NCBI GenBank assembly: GCA_037925075.1
Contig: JAXSNR010000001.1
Span: 1-64,000 of the forward strand
Length of the DNA stretch: 64,000 nucleotides
Direction of reading: 5' to 3'
DNA from: Aquificaceae bacterium
Lineage (GTDB): Bacteria > Aquificota > Aquificia > Aquificales > Aquificaceae
The notes under the pieces are model-generated. The model ran no database searches. It saw only the letters and a list, made by a program, of their open reading frames with translations, and was not told where the DNA came from. The position numbers were made by a program, and so were the translations under genes. Positions 19,900 through 29,279 of this stretch are shown one piece after another (position 1 is the stretch's first letter; every line of letters starts with the position of its first letter).

Positions 19900-21309
19900 A
19901 TGGAGAGGCTTTATGAATCTCAAAAGTTAGCCCTTTGGTATTTTTGGACTGCCCTTGTTCTGTTTGGCGCCCAGCTTTTGTTCGGTCTTCTTTCCGCCAT
20001 ACAATTTATCAACCCAGATTTTCTGTATGGAACTTTGAACTTTATGACCAACAGGATGCTCCACATAAATGCTATGGTGGTCTGGCTCCTTATGGGCTTT
20101 ATAGCTGGCATATACTGGTTTTTACCTCTGGAAACGGGAAGGGAGGTAGTTGGCATAAAGCTGGGTAAACTTGCCTACTTTGCCTTTGTAGGTGCGGTGG
20201 CTATTGTTGTACTTGTTTATCTTTTCAAACAGTTTGGCTCTGGAGACTTCTTTACCCTGTGGTTTATAACGGAAGGAAGGGAATACATAGAAGCACCCAG
20301 ATGGGCAGACATAGGCATAGTGGCTGTAGCTCTTATAGTTGCCTTCAATGTGATAGGCACCGCTGTTGCCTCAAAAAGGCTAACGGGCATTCTTGGTGTC
20401 CTAATAGTAGACCTTGCCTTCCTCTTTGGTCTTTATCTTGCGGGTATGTTCTTTACGCCAAACATATCTGTTGACCAGTTCTGGTGGTGGTGGGTTGTTC
20501 ATCTGTGGGTGGAAGCAACGTGGGAAGTCCTTGTAGGTGTTCTCATGGGATGGCTTCTTATGCACCTTTTGGGAACTCCAAGAAGGATAATAGAAGCATG
20601 GCTCTACGTGGAAGTTATGCTGGTCTTTGGAACAGGTATTTTAGGGCTTGGACATCACTATTACTGGATTGGCACACCTGAATACTGGCTTGGAATTGGT
20701 GGATTTTTCTCTTCTCTTGAACCCTTACCTCTTGTTGCCATGGTTATACATGCGGTTTATGATGCGGGCGTTCATAAGCTGAAGACCGTAAATAGACCAG
20801 CACTTTTCTGGGCTTTTGCTCAAGCCTTTGGAAACCTTTTTGGTGCAGGTGTATGGGGCTTTATGCATACCCTTCCCCAGATAAACCTTTTCAGTCATGG
20901 CACGCAGATGGCCGCCGCTCATGGACACCTTGCTTTCTTTGGAGCCTATGTGGCTGCAAACCTTGCCCTCTTTTACTTCGCCCTTGGTAAAACAAGGGTT
21001 AAGGAAGGATATATTCTCAATGGGACACCGTGGAAGATAGCTTACATTGGCATGATAATAGGGATTTTTGGTATGGTGGCTGCCCTAACTGTTGCAGGCT
21101 TTGCACAGACCATGATAGAGAGGGCAACTCTTGGAAGCACATGGGAAGCCTACATACAAGCTCAGATGCATCCTTGGATGGAGGAAGCCTTCAAGTGGAG
21201 GTTGTTCTTTGGAATTATCTTCTTCCTTTCTTACGCAGTTCTTCTCTATGACCTTCTTACCGCAGGTAGAAGGGTAGAAGCTCTCAAGGAGGCTGAAGTT
21301 GTTGGCTGA
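19900..21309 (+). CDS. norB: nitric oxide reductase large subunit (cNOR)
   Basis: GREYIE, WWWVVHLWVEATWE, GLGHHYYWIG, HGHLAFFGAY. Confidence 0.96.
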   Translation: MERLYESQKLALWYFWTALVLFGAQLLFGLLSAIQFINPDFLYGTLNFMTNRMLHINAMVVWLLMGFIAGIYWFLPLETGREVVGIKLGKLAYFAFVGAVAIVVLVYLFKQFGSGDFFTLWFITEGREYIEAPRWADIGIVAVALIVAFNVIGTAVASKRLTGILGVLIVDLAFLFGLYLAGMFFTPNISVDQFWWWWVVHLWVEATWEVLVGVLMGWLLMHLLGTPRRIIEAWLYVEVMLVFGTGILGLGHHYYWIGTPEYWLGIGGFFSSLEPLPLVAMVIHAVYDAGVHKLKTVNRPALFWAFAQAFGNLFGAGVWGFMHTLPQINLFSHGTQMAAAHGHLAFFGAYVAANLALFYFALGKTRVKEGYILNGTPWKIAYIGMIIGIFGMVAALTVAGFAQTMIERATLGSTWEAYIQAQMHPWMEEAFKWRLFFGIIFFLSYAVLLYDLLTAGRRVEALKEAEVVG

Positions 21310-21592
21310 GACCATCTACAAGCTCATGCTCTATGGCTTTTTTATGGTTCTTTTTGCGGGTGCATATGCCATACTTTACGCAGTGGGGAGGTTTTCGGGC
21401 CTCCCCCTTCTTACAAAGGCTTCCTATTCCTTTGCCCTTCTTCAGTTTCTTTCAGGTCTCGGAATGGTTCTTTCCTCTTATCTTGATTTGCTGTGGAAGG
21501 CTATAATTCTTTTTAGCATCTTTGCATACTTGTTCATCCCGCCTGTGATGTGGAGGGTGGTTGTGGAAATGCACAAAAGACACGAAAATTAG
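21299..21592 (+). CDS. small membrane protein downstream of norB
   Basis: 97 aa, three hydrophobic segments, overlaps the norB stop. Confidence 0.7.
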   Translation: MLAETIYKLMLYGFFMVLFAGAYAILYAVGRFSGLPLLTKASYSFALLQFLSGLGMVLSSYLDLLWKAIILFSIFAYLFIPPVMWRVVVEMHKRHEN

Positions 21593-21603
21593 AAATTCCT
21601 AGA

Positions 21604-21924
21604 TCAAGCCTTGATTATCCTTACCTTTTCAAGGGTTATTATGCCGTCCTTTACCAACCTTGAAAGCTCTGGCAGTATCTTTTGAATTTTCTCTTCACAG
21701 TCCACAATCTCCACCACTATGGGAAGGTCAGAGGATAGACTAAATACGCTTGCCTTGTGTATCACCGATGATTTGCCGTATCCCAGTATGCCCCTAAAGA
21801 CGGTAGCACCCGCTATACCTTCCCTTTTGCAAAACTCCACCACATACTTATACAAAGGCTTACCCTCATGCTTGCTATCTTCACCAAAAAAGAGTCTTAA
21901 AAGTACAGCGGTCTCACACTGCAT
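21604..21924 (-). CDS. DUF190 (PII-like) domain protein
   Basis: LRLFFGE..K.EGKPLY, GIAGATVFRGILGYG, LS.DLPIVVEIVD. Confidence 0.88.
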   Translation of the reverse strand: MQCETAVLLRLFFGEDSKHEGKPLYKYVVEFCKREGIAGATVFRGILGYGKSSVIHKASVFSLSSDLPIVVEIVDCEEKIQKILPELSRLVKDGIITLEKVRIIKA

Positions 21925-21926
21925 CT

Positions 21927-22301
21927 TTAAAATAGTTTACCCAAACCATAACCCGCCATCACAAGAACAATTCCAAAAAGGTTGCTAAGCAAAAGATAAA
22001 CTACCGACTTTAGCCATTCACCGTTTAGCATAAGGTAATAGACTTCGTAAAAAAGCGTGGAATAGGTGGAGTACCCGCCAAGCAATCCAGTAATCAAAAG
22101 GGCTCTAAGGTATGGGGATACGTCAAGCTTTTCAACAAAAAGTGAAAAGAAAAAACCTATCAAAAAGGCTGAAGACAGATTAACCAAAAGGGTGCCAATA
22201 GGAAACTCAATACCCGCCTTTGTCTGAAAGAACTTGGAAAGTACAAACCTCAAAACAGAGCCTATGGCACCGCCTATGGCTATGGCTAAGAGGAGATGCA
22301 C
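21927..22301 (-). CDS. crcB: fluoride efflux channel Fluc/CrcB family
   Basis: GGAIGSVLRF, FPIGTLLVN, TGLLGGYSTYST. Confidence 0.9.
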   Translation of the reverse strand: MHLLLAIAIGGAIGSVLRFVLSKFFQTKAGIEFPIGTLLVNLSSAFLIGFFFSLFVEKLDVSPYLRALLITGLLGGYSTYSTLFYEVYYLMLNGEWLKSVVYLLLSNLFGIVLVMAGYGLGKLF

Positions 22302-22600
22302 AAGACTACCCTCTCAAGGGTTATAAGACCCAACTTAGCCTTTTGAAGGAGTCTTTCTATGGCATCCATAGCCCTCCTTTCCTCTTCTACAAACTCCACC
22401 ACCACGGGAAGACCGTAAGAGAGAACCTCAAGCCCCTCATAATGAAACTCTCCGGTGGTTCCATAGCCCATTATGGACTTAAGCACTGTGGCACCTCCCA
22501 CGCCATATTCCTTAAGAAGCTCAAGCACCCTTCTGTACGCTGGCTTTCCCTCAAGCCTGTCGTCTTCTCTCAGAAATATACGAACGAGCACAAGCTCCAT
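22286..22600 (-). CDS. DUF190 (PII-like) domain protein
   Basis: VRIFLREDD..EGKP.Y, GVGGATV...IMGYG, LPVVVEFVE. Confidence 0.85.
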   Translation of the reverse strand: MELVLVRIFLREDDRLEGKPAYRRVLELLKEYGVGGATVLKSIMGYGTTGEFHYEGLEVLSYGLPVVVEFVEEERRAMDAIERLLQKAKLGLITLERVVLCISS

Positions 22601-22650
22601 CTGATTTAAATCTTATCACAAGCTCAGGTTGGTAATATATTCTTCTCATT

Positions 22651-23619
22651 ATGGTCCAGTTGGAACTTATAAGGGAAGAGGAACTAACCACCGAAGACAT
22701 AAGGGAACTTCAGCAAGAGATTCGTAGGCTTGCAAAGGAAAAAAACGCGGTTATTCTTGCCCACTACTACCAAAGGCCTGAAGTGCAAGACATTGCGGAC
22801 TTTGTGGGAGATTCCTTAGAGCTTTCCCGTAAGGCATCAGAGACCGATGCGGACATAATAGTCTTTTGCGGTGTGCGTTTTATGTGTGAAACCGCAAAGA
22901 TAGTAAACCCCACAAGGAAGGTCCTACATCCCAATCCAGAGTCTGGCTGTCCTATGGCGGACATGATAACCGCAAAGGATGTACTAAGGCTCAGAGAAAA
23001 ATACCCCGATGCGGAGGTGGTAGCTTACGTAAATACAAACGCGGAAGTTAAAGCAGTTTCTGATGTATGCGTAACTTCAGCCAACGCCATAAGGGTGGTC
23101 CAAAAACTTGAAAGCAAAAGGATAATCTTTATCCCTGACCAAGCTCTGGGAAACTGGGTAAAAAGGCATGTGCCCGAAAAGGAGTTTATCATATGGCAAG
23201 GCTTTTGCCCTCCCCACTTTGAATTTACCGCAAGGGAAGTCATAAGGCTAAAGGAAACATACCCAGACGCAAAGGTTGCGGTACATCCCGAATGCCACCC
23301 CAAAGTTATAGAACTTGCGCATTTTGTAGGGTCCACATCTCAGATAATCAACTACGCAACCACCTGCGACGCCAAAAGGGTTATAGTGATCACAGAGGTT
23401 GGTCTAAGGCATACCCTTATGAAGAAAAACCCCAACAAGGAATACATCTTTCCAGAGTCCATGAACTACTGTGGCACAGTCTATTGCTGTACCATGAAGG
23501 GTATAACACTTCCGAAGGTGTACAAAACGCTGAAAGAAGAGATAAACGAGGTTGTCCTGCCGGAAGATATAATACAGAGGGCAAAAAGACCCATACTTAG
23601 GATGCTGGAGCTTTCATGA
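22651..23619 (+). CDS. nadA: quinolinate synthase
   Basis: ILAHYYQ, GDSLELS, FCGVRFM, GCPMADM, YVNT, HPEC. Confidence 0.96.
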   Translation: MVQLELIREEELTTEDIRELQQEIRRLAKEKNAVILAHYYQRPEVQDIADFVGDSLELSRKASETDADIIVFCGVRFMCETAKIVNPTRKVLHPNPESGCPMADMITAKDVLRLREKYPDAEVVAYVNTNAEVKAVSDVCVTSANAIRVVQKLESKRIIFIPDQALGNWVKRHVPEKEFIIWQGFCPPHFEFTAREVIRLKETYPDAKVAVHPECHPKVIELAHFVGSTSQIINYATTCDAKRVIVITEVGLRHTLMKKNPNKEYIFPESMNYCGTVYCCTMKGITLPKVYKTLKEEINEVVLPEDIIQRAKRPILRMLELS

Positions 23620-24686
23620 TACAAAGGAGGAAAACCCGTCAAATACAGGTGGGATGGGTAAAGGTAGGTGGAGATGCACCCGTAGTGGTGCAGTCCATGA
23701 CCTCCACAAAGACCCACCATGTGGATGCCACCCTTGAACAGATAAAAAGGCTTTACAAAGCGGGCTGTGAGCTTATAAGGGTTGCGGTACCCCACGAAGA
23801 AGACCTACAAGCCCTTCCAGAAATTGTAAAAAACTCACCTATGCCCGTTATTGCGGATATACACTTTGCACCCTCTTATGCCTTTAGGTCCATGGAAATG
23901 GGAGTTCATGGCATTAGGATAAACCCGGGAAACATAGGAAAGGAGGAAATAGTAAGGGAGATAGTGGAGGAGGCAAAAAGAAAAGGGGTAGCCATAAGGA
24001 TAGGTGTTAATTCTGGATCTCTTGAAAAGGACCTTCTTGAAAAATACGGCTATCCCTGTGGAGAAGCCCTCTTTGAGAGTGCCATGCGATGGTCTGAGAA
24101 GTTTGAAAAGTGGGGCTTTTACAACTTCAAGGTTTCCATAAAGGGCTCTGATGTGCTGGAAAACATAGAGGCAAACGAGCTTTTTGCTCAGCATACTGAT
24201 ATTCCCTTGCACATAGGCATAACAGAGGCTGGAATGGGGACAAAGGGCATAGTTAAGTCTTCTGTGGGTATTGGTATACTGCTTTACAAGGGCATAGGAA
24301 ACACGGTAAGGGTTTCTCTTACAGATGACCCAGAGGTGGAGGTAGAGGTCGCTTATGCCATACTTCAATCTCTTGGGCTAAGAAGGAAAGGGCTTGAGAT
24401 AATCTCATGCCCTACCTGTGGGCGTATTGAGGTGGACCTTCCAAAGGTGGTAAAAGAAGTGGAAGAAAAGCTAAAGCATATAGACAAGCCTTTAAAGGTT
24501 GCCATAATGGGCTGTGTGGTAAATGCCATAGGTGAAGCCCGCGAAGCGGACCTTGGGCTTGCCTGTGGAAGAGGCTTTGCGTGGCTTTTTAAAGAGGGCA
24601 AGCCTATAAAAAAGGTAAGTGAAGAGGAGATGGCACAGGCTTTGATGGAGGAGGTTTTAAACTATGACGGAAAAGGAAAGATTTGA
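23616..24686 (+). CDS. ispG: (E)-4-hydroxy-3-methylbut-2-enyl-diphosphate synthase
   Basis: VQSMT, ADIHF, RINPGNIG, RIGVNSGSL, SCPTCGR, MGCVVN. Confidence 0.97.
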   Translation: MIQRRKTRQIQVGWVKVGGDAPVVVQSMTSTKTHHVDATLEQIKRLYKAGCELIRVAVPHEEDLQALPEIVKNSPMPVIADIHFAPSYAFRSMEMGVHGIRINPGNIGKEEIVREIVEEAKRKGVAIRIGVNSGSLEKDLLEKYGYPCGEALFESAMRWSEKFEKWGFYNFKVSIKGSDVLENIEANELFAQHTDIPLHIGITEAGMGTKGIVKSSVGIGILLYKGIGNTVRVSLTDDPEVEVEVAYAILQSLGLRRKGLEIISCPTCGRIEVDLPKVVKEVEEKLKHIDKPLKVAIMGCVVNAIGEAREADLGLACGRGFAWLFKEGKPIKKVSEEEMAQALMEEVLNYDGKGKI

Positions 24687-25008
24687 AAAACTCCTGCAAA
24701 AAGCCCAGCTTGTGGATCAAAATGTTCAGATAAACTTTGTCCTTCTTGACCTTGTACCAAAGTGGATGAAGTGCAGAAGAACCAAAAGGCTGGTCTTTCA
24801 GTTTCACAAGCTTGGAGAGGAAGAAGGGCTTACCGCCTGTGGTATAAGGCTTGAAAAGTACCAAGTTCTACCCGAAAGGCAAGAAAACCTTGTTATAACT
24901 CAAGTAAATATGATGTTGGGAGGACTGGGACTTTTGGTTTTCTTTGACCTATGTCCTAAATGCTTTGGAAACATAAACAGATGCAATCCTATAGAAGAGG
25001 GGGCATAA
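24664..25008 (+). CDS. hypothetical protein with Cys/His motifs
   Basis: 114-aa ORF overlapping the ispG end; H...TACG and CPKC. Confidence 0.6.
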   Translation: MTEKERFEKLLQKAQLVDQNVQINFVLLDLVPKWMKCRRTKRLVFQFHKLGEEEGLTACGIRLEKYQVLPERQENLVITQVNMMLGGLGLLVFFDLCPKCFGNINRCNPIEEGA

Positions 25009-25018
25009 GCCCCCCTTT
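24998..25018. terminator. hairpin between convergent genes, probable intrinsic terminator
   Basis: GGGGGC-ATAA-GCCCCC followed by CTTT. Confidence 0.5.
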
Positions 25019-25021
25019 AGA

Positions 25022-25324
25022 TTACTTTACAGACATCACCCACTGGGCAAGTTGTTTGGCTTCTGCGTCAGAGACGTTTTGAGGTGGCATGGGTACAGAA
25101 CCCCAAACACCAGCACCACCCTTTTTGATCTTGCCCGCAAGGTAGTCCACCGCGTCACCCTTGCCTGCGTACTTCTTGGCGACATCGGCAAAGGAAGGAC
25201 CCACCTTCTTGGCCTTGAGGTCATGGCATGCCATACAACCCTTTTGCTTTGCAAGCTGTTCGCTGGCAAAGGATGCACCAGCGACGCCTACCACCATCGC
25301 CAGAGCTAAGGCTAGCTTCTTCAT
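25022..25324 (-). CDS. cytochrome c552 (class I, c551/c552 family)
   Basis: Signal peptide; EQLAKQKGCMACHDLKAKKVGP...GVWGSVPMPPQNV, very close to Hydrogenobacter cytochrome c552 as I recall it. Confidence 0.95.
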   Translation of the reverse strand: MKKLALALAMVVGVAGASFASEQLAKQKGCMACHDLKAKKVGPSFADVAKKYAGKGDAVDYLAGKIKKGGAGVWGSVPMPPQNVSDAEAKQLAQWVMSVK

Positions 25325-25385
25325 GTTAACACCTCCTTACGTAAATTCCTAAAGTATTATAATACACAAGGAGGATGAAAATCAC

Positions 25386-26156
25386 ATGAAAATTGGCGTC
25401 TTTGATTCGGGAGTTGGTGGTCTTACCGTCTTGAAAGCCCTAAGGGATGCGTACCCAGAGGTGGATTTTGTATATCTCGGCGATACCGCAAGGGTGCCCT
25501 ACGGCAACAAGTCACCTCAAACTGTTACAAGGTATAGCCTTGAGGGTGCGGAGTTTTTAGTTTCCGAGGGTGTGGACCTTCTTGTGATTGCCTGCAACAC
25601 CGCAAGCTCTTACGCCCTTGAAACCTTAAGGGAAAGCCTTTCCATACCGGTGTTTGGCGTCATAGAGCCGGGGGTAAAGAGTGCTTTAAGCTCCACCAAA
25701 AACAAGAAGGTGGGAGTAATAGGCACAAAGGCGACCATATCCAGCAACGCTTACAAAAGGCTTTTAGAGGCTCAAGGCGTGAAAGTCTTTCAAAGGGCTT
25801 GCCCCCTCTTTGTCCCTCTTGTAGAAGAGGGCATACTTGAAGGTGAGATAGCAAAAAGGGTGGTGGAGTACTACCTTACAGATTTAAAGGAAAAGGACAT
25901 AGATACCCTTATACTTGGTTGCACCCACTATCCCCTTTTGAAACCACTTATAGAAGAGTTTATGGGAGAAGGTGTAAAAGTGGTAGATTCTGCGGAAAGC
26001 ACAGCCCTTGAAGTTATGCCTTATGTGGAAAGGACTGGCTCTTCAACCCTTAGCCTCTACTTTACCGACCACTCACCAAGCCTTGACTTCCTCGTGGAGC
26101 TTATCCTTGGCGAACCTGTAGACTACCAACTCCTTACCCTGCCTTGCAAGGTTTAA
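25386..26156 (+). CDS. murI: glutamate racemase
   Basis: FDSGVGGLTV, ACNTAS, LGCTHYP. Confidence 0.97.
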   Translation: MKIGVFDSGVGGLTVLKALRDAYPEVDFVYLGDTARVPYGNKSPQTVTRYSLEGAEFLVSEGVDLLVIACNTASSYALETLRESLSIPVFGVIEPGVKSALSSTKNKKVGVIGTKATISSNAYKRLLEAQGVKVFQRACPLFVPLVEEGILEGEIAKRVVEYYLTDLKEKDIDTLILGCTHYPLLKPLIEEFMGEGVKVVDSAESTALEVMPYVERTGSSTLSLYFTDHSPSLDFLVELILGEPVDYQLLTLPCKV

Positions 26157-26651
26157 CTGCTCCAAAAAGTCCCTCCTTACCCTTTGAAAAAACTCCCTTA
26201 CCCTTTTGTCCCTGTAATCTGCGTAAGTCCAGTAAAGGGGCTTAAAGCCACCGTATACAAAAAGGTACTCTATCTCCGCACAAACCCCCTCTCCCATGTA
26301 TAACCTCCCACCCCTTTTTTTGGAGGAAGCCAGCACAAGGTGGCTCTCATCCACATAACCGGGATCTATGTTTATCCTTCTTTTAGAATCTAAGGCGTAT
26401 TCCCTTTCCTTACCCATAGCCCAAAGCTTAAAACCTAAAAGCTCATGCTTTCTGATAAACCCCTTAAGGCTTAAGAACCTTTTTATAAGGTTCTGTCCCA
26501 TCTCTTTACTGTAATACCTCTGCAGGCTCTCAAAGTAGAAGGCTTCGGAAAGTCTCTCCACCTTTAGCTCTGAGATAAAGCTTTCCAGCAAGACTTCTTC
26601 CCTGTACAGCACCGCAAGGATGGGCTTTGCAAGTTCTAAAAGCTCTGGCAT
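26073..26651 (-). CDS. DUF4416 family protein
   Basis: YYSKEMG..L.KRF, R.INIDPGY, VLASSK, WTY.DY. Confidence 0.75.
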   Translation of the reverse strand: MPELLELAKPILAVLYREEVLLESFISELKVERLSEAFYFESLQRYYSKEMGQNLIKRFLSLKGFIRKHELLGFKLWAMGKEREYALDSKRRINIDPGYVDESHLVLASSKKRGGRLYMGEGVCAEIEYLFVYGGFKPLYWTYADYRDKRVREFFQRVRRDFLEQLNLARQGKELVVYRFAKDKLHEEVKAW

Positions 26652-28876
26652 ACCTCCTGTATTAGCTCCCGCTTTTTTCTTTTTAAGGCATCGGTTCCAT
26701 ACACAAAGAGACTGTAAGCCAAGAGTATCTTGTCATCTATCATATGCCCTCTGAGGTTGTTTTTAAAAATTGTTTTTAACTTTTCCAACTCACTCTCGGC
26801 TTTTCTCTCGTCCAAGCTTCTGCACTCTCTGTACTTTTCAAGGAGAAGCTCCCAAAACTCTTTGGAATCTATACTTTCAAAGAAATCCCTCACCGGTGTG
26901 CATATCTTAGGAGGTTTTATGCCAAGTTCTTTTAGGACATTCTTTATGAGGTTTGCCCTTATGTGTCCCAAGCCCTTTATACCTGCAATGCTTGAATACT
27001 CTGGATTTATGCCATACTTTAAAGCGTGAGCTACCTTTAGCATCTCTTGAGTTGAAAGGGTATAAAAGCCCTTCTTATTTATCTCAATAAGATTTTTCAA
27101 AAGATGTAGGGCGTCTGTGCCAAGGTAGGAAAACTCTCCGGGTGGGTTTTTCAGGTTTGGATACCTTACGGTAAAACCTTCTGTGTAGAAAAGGAGCTGA
27201 TGGGTATTGTCATGCTCACACTCTTCACCGCAGGGCAGTAGCATGCCCAAGACCCTCTCGTAGTCCTCTTCAAAGTTTTCCCTTTCTTTCAAAAAGCTAA
27301 ACAGACTGTCAAACTTTTTCATGTGTAAAAGGGGTCTTATGGTGCTAACTGGATCAAGGACTAAAGCCCTTCTTCTCAAAAACTCTTCAAAGCTAACCGG
27401 CGGTATACCAAGCCTTATGCATAACATCCCCTTTTCACTTGGCTTGTAGCCTTCCAAATATCCCTTGTTCCTAAGGAAGGATAAAGATTGTTCCAGCTTA
27501 TGTTTCTCAAGCTTTTTGAAGGAATAGGTTTGCCTAAGGTATTCTTCAAAGTTTTCGCCTTCATACAGATGAGCAAGCAAAAGGAGAAGACTTAAAAGGG
27601 ATTTTTCACCACCTTCTAACAAGGCGGTGGTAAAAGGCTTTTGTAGAGCGGTTTTTAGCTCTTCCTCAAGCTTGAGCTCCCTTGCCCCATACACAAGAAG
27701 GTCTGAATAGCCCTCCTCCTTTATGCCAAGCCTACCAGCCCTACCTTCCATCTGAAGAATATCAAGGGTGTCGGGAATGCTTTTTATCTTCCCCTCCTTT
27801 TTGAAAAACCTTGTAAGTATGATAACTCTGTCCGCTGGAAGGTTTACACCGTAGGCAAGGGTTTGTGTGGCTACCAAAAGCCTTAGCCTTCCTTCTCTAA
27901 AAGCCCTCTCTATTTCTTCCCTTTCTTCCTTTGGCACATCCGCATTGTGAAAGGCTATTTCTGGTTCCCTTTCCTCTTCCACATCAAAGGGAAGGGTTTG
28001 GTTCATTATGCCTATTTTTTCCTCCTTTGCCAGCTCAAGGAGCTTCCAGCCGTATTCCTTCTTTGGCACAAAGAGTATTACCTGTTCATCCCTTTTTCCT
28101 AAGTGAAAGAGGGCATTCAACAGCCTTCCTGCGATGGTTAGGTCTTTTCCTGTTATGCCTTTCCTTATTGGCTCAAAGTCCGTTAGCTTATGGATGTTTC
28201 TGTTTAGGGGCACTGGTCTCCACTCGCTTATTATTACAAGCCTTGCCTCTATCCATCGGGCAAGCTCTTCCCAACTTGGTATGGTTGCGGAAAGACAAAG
28301 CAGAGAAAGGTTTTTTCTCTTGCAGGCGGTTATTATCTCTTCCAGCATCCACCTTTTGGAGATCATATGCACCTCATCCACAACCACCGCGTTTACCTCT
28401 TCAAGCCACCTTGCAGAGTTCCTAAAAGATAGGGCAAGATGCTCGTATGTGTTTACCAGCACCTTAGCTTTTACCTCCTTGTAGCTTTCAAGCACAGTAT
28501 CTCCCGTCCTCATCTCCACGTTTTTACCGTAATACCTTTTTAGCTCCACCACCTTTTCCATCACAAGGGGCTTGGTGGGTGCGGTATAGACAAGCCTTCC
28601 CTTGGAGTTTTTCATAAAAAGGTAGGCTATAAGGCTCTTTCCAGAAGAGGTGGGCGACGCTATCAAGGCATTACCACATTTGTAGAGCTTATAAAAGAGT
28701 GTTTGAAGGGGGTTCAGAAGTGGATAAGGTATTTTGGGGTCTATTTCTTCCGCTCTTAAAAGCTCTTCGGACCTTGTTTCGTAGTCTTCGTCTGTACGGT
28801 AAAAGAGCTTTCCATTGGGTGGAGATATTTGATAGAAGCTTTCCTTAAGAAGATAGGCGGTCAGAGTTTTTGCCAT
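26636..28876 (-). CDS. Ski2/Hel308-like DEAD/DEAH-box helicase
   Basis: SPTSSGKS, YTAPTKPL, DEVH, LSAT, AT.TLAYGVNLPA, QMEGRAGR. Confidence 0.85.
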   Translation of the reverse strand: MAKTLTAYLLKESFYQISPPNGKLFYRTDEDYETRSEELLRAEEIDPKIPYPLLNPLQTLFYKLYKCGNALIASPTSSGKSLIAYLFMKNSKGRLVYTAPTKPLVMEKVVELKRYYGKNVEMRTGDTVLESYKEVKAKVLVNTYEHLALSFRNSARWLEEVNAVVVDEVHMISKRWMLEEIITACKRKNLSLLCLSATIPSWEELARWIEARLVIISEWRPVPLNRNIHKLTDFEPIRKGITGKDLTIAGRLLNALFHLGKRDEQVILFVPKKEYGWKLLELAKEEKIGIMNQTLPFDVEEEREPEIAFHNADVPKEEREEIERAFREGRLRLLVATQTLAYGVNLPADRVIILTRFFKKEGKIKSIPDTLDILQMEGRAGRLGIKEEGYSDLLVYGARELKLEEELKTALQKPFTTALLEGGEKSLLSLLLLLAHLYEGENFEEYLRQTYSFKKLEKHKLEQSLSFLRNKGYLEGYKPSEKGMLCIRLGIPPVSFEEFLRRRALVLDPVSTIRPLLHMKKFDSLFSFLKERENFEEDYERVLGMLLPCGEECEHDNTHQLLFYTEGFTVRYPNLKNPPGEFSYLGTDALHLLKNLIEINKKGFYTLSTQEMLKVAHALKYGINPEYSSIAGIKGLGHIRANLIKNVLKELGIKPPKICTPVRDFFESIDSKEFWELLLEKYRECRSLDERKAESELEKLKTIFKNNLRGHMIDDKILLAYSLFVYGTDALKRKKRELIQEVCQSF

Positions 28877-29181
28877 ATTTTTTCCATTCTTTTGAGTTCC
28901 TTGTCAAAAACAAACTCAAACTCTGGAAGTCTCTTTACCTTAAGGCTCTTTGCGAGCTGGTTTCTTATAAAGGGGCTGGCATGTCTAAGGGCAAACTCCG
29001 CCTCCTCTTCTTTGCCTTCTTGAAGGGTGGTAAAGTATACCTTTGCCCTTTTCATGTCCTGAGAAATTTCCACGTGTGTGATTATCACATCCGCAAGTCT
29101 TGGGTCTTTTATTTCTTTCAGTACAAGCCCTGCTATTTCCTCCATTAGCAACTTTTCCAGTCTTGCCTTTTTAACGTTCAT
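28861..29181 (-). CDS. rbfA: ribosome-binding factor A
   Basis: IKDPRL..V.IT.VE.S.D...AKVYFT, P..R..L...L.VKRLPEF.F.FD; start could be 29187. Confidence 0.93.
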   Translation of the reverse strand: MNVKKARLEKLLMEEIAGLVLKEIKDPRLADVIITHVEISQDMKRAKVYFTTLQEGKEEEAEFALRHASPFIRNQLAKSLKVKRLPEFEFVFDKELKRMEKIWQKL

Positions 29182-29279
29182 TATCATATGATAAATCACC
29201 ACTGAAAGTGTAATCAAGCAAGGTGGGCATGAGCTTTAAAAGCGAAAACAATTATTTGACCCATCACGCACTGTGGAAT

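Noticed and set aside
22600..22650. Fluoride riboswitch upstream of the crcB unit
   Set aside because: Gap is too short and lacks the conserved GGxGAUG…/UGAUG pseudoknot elements
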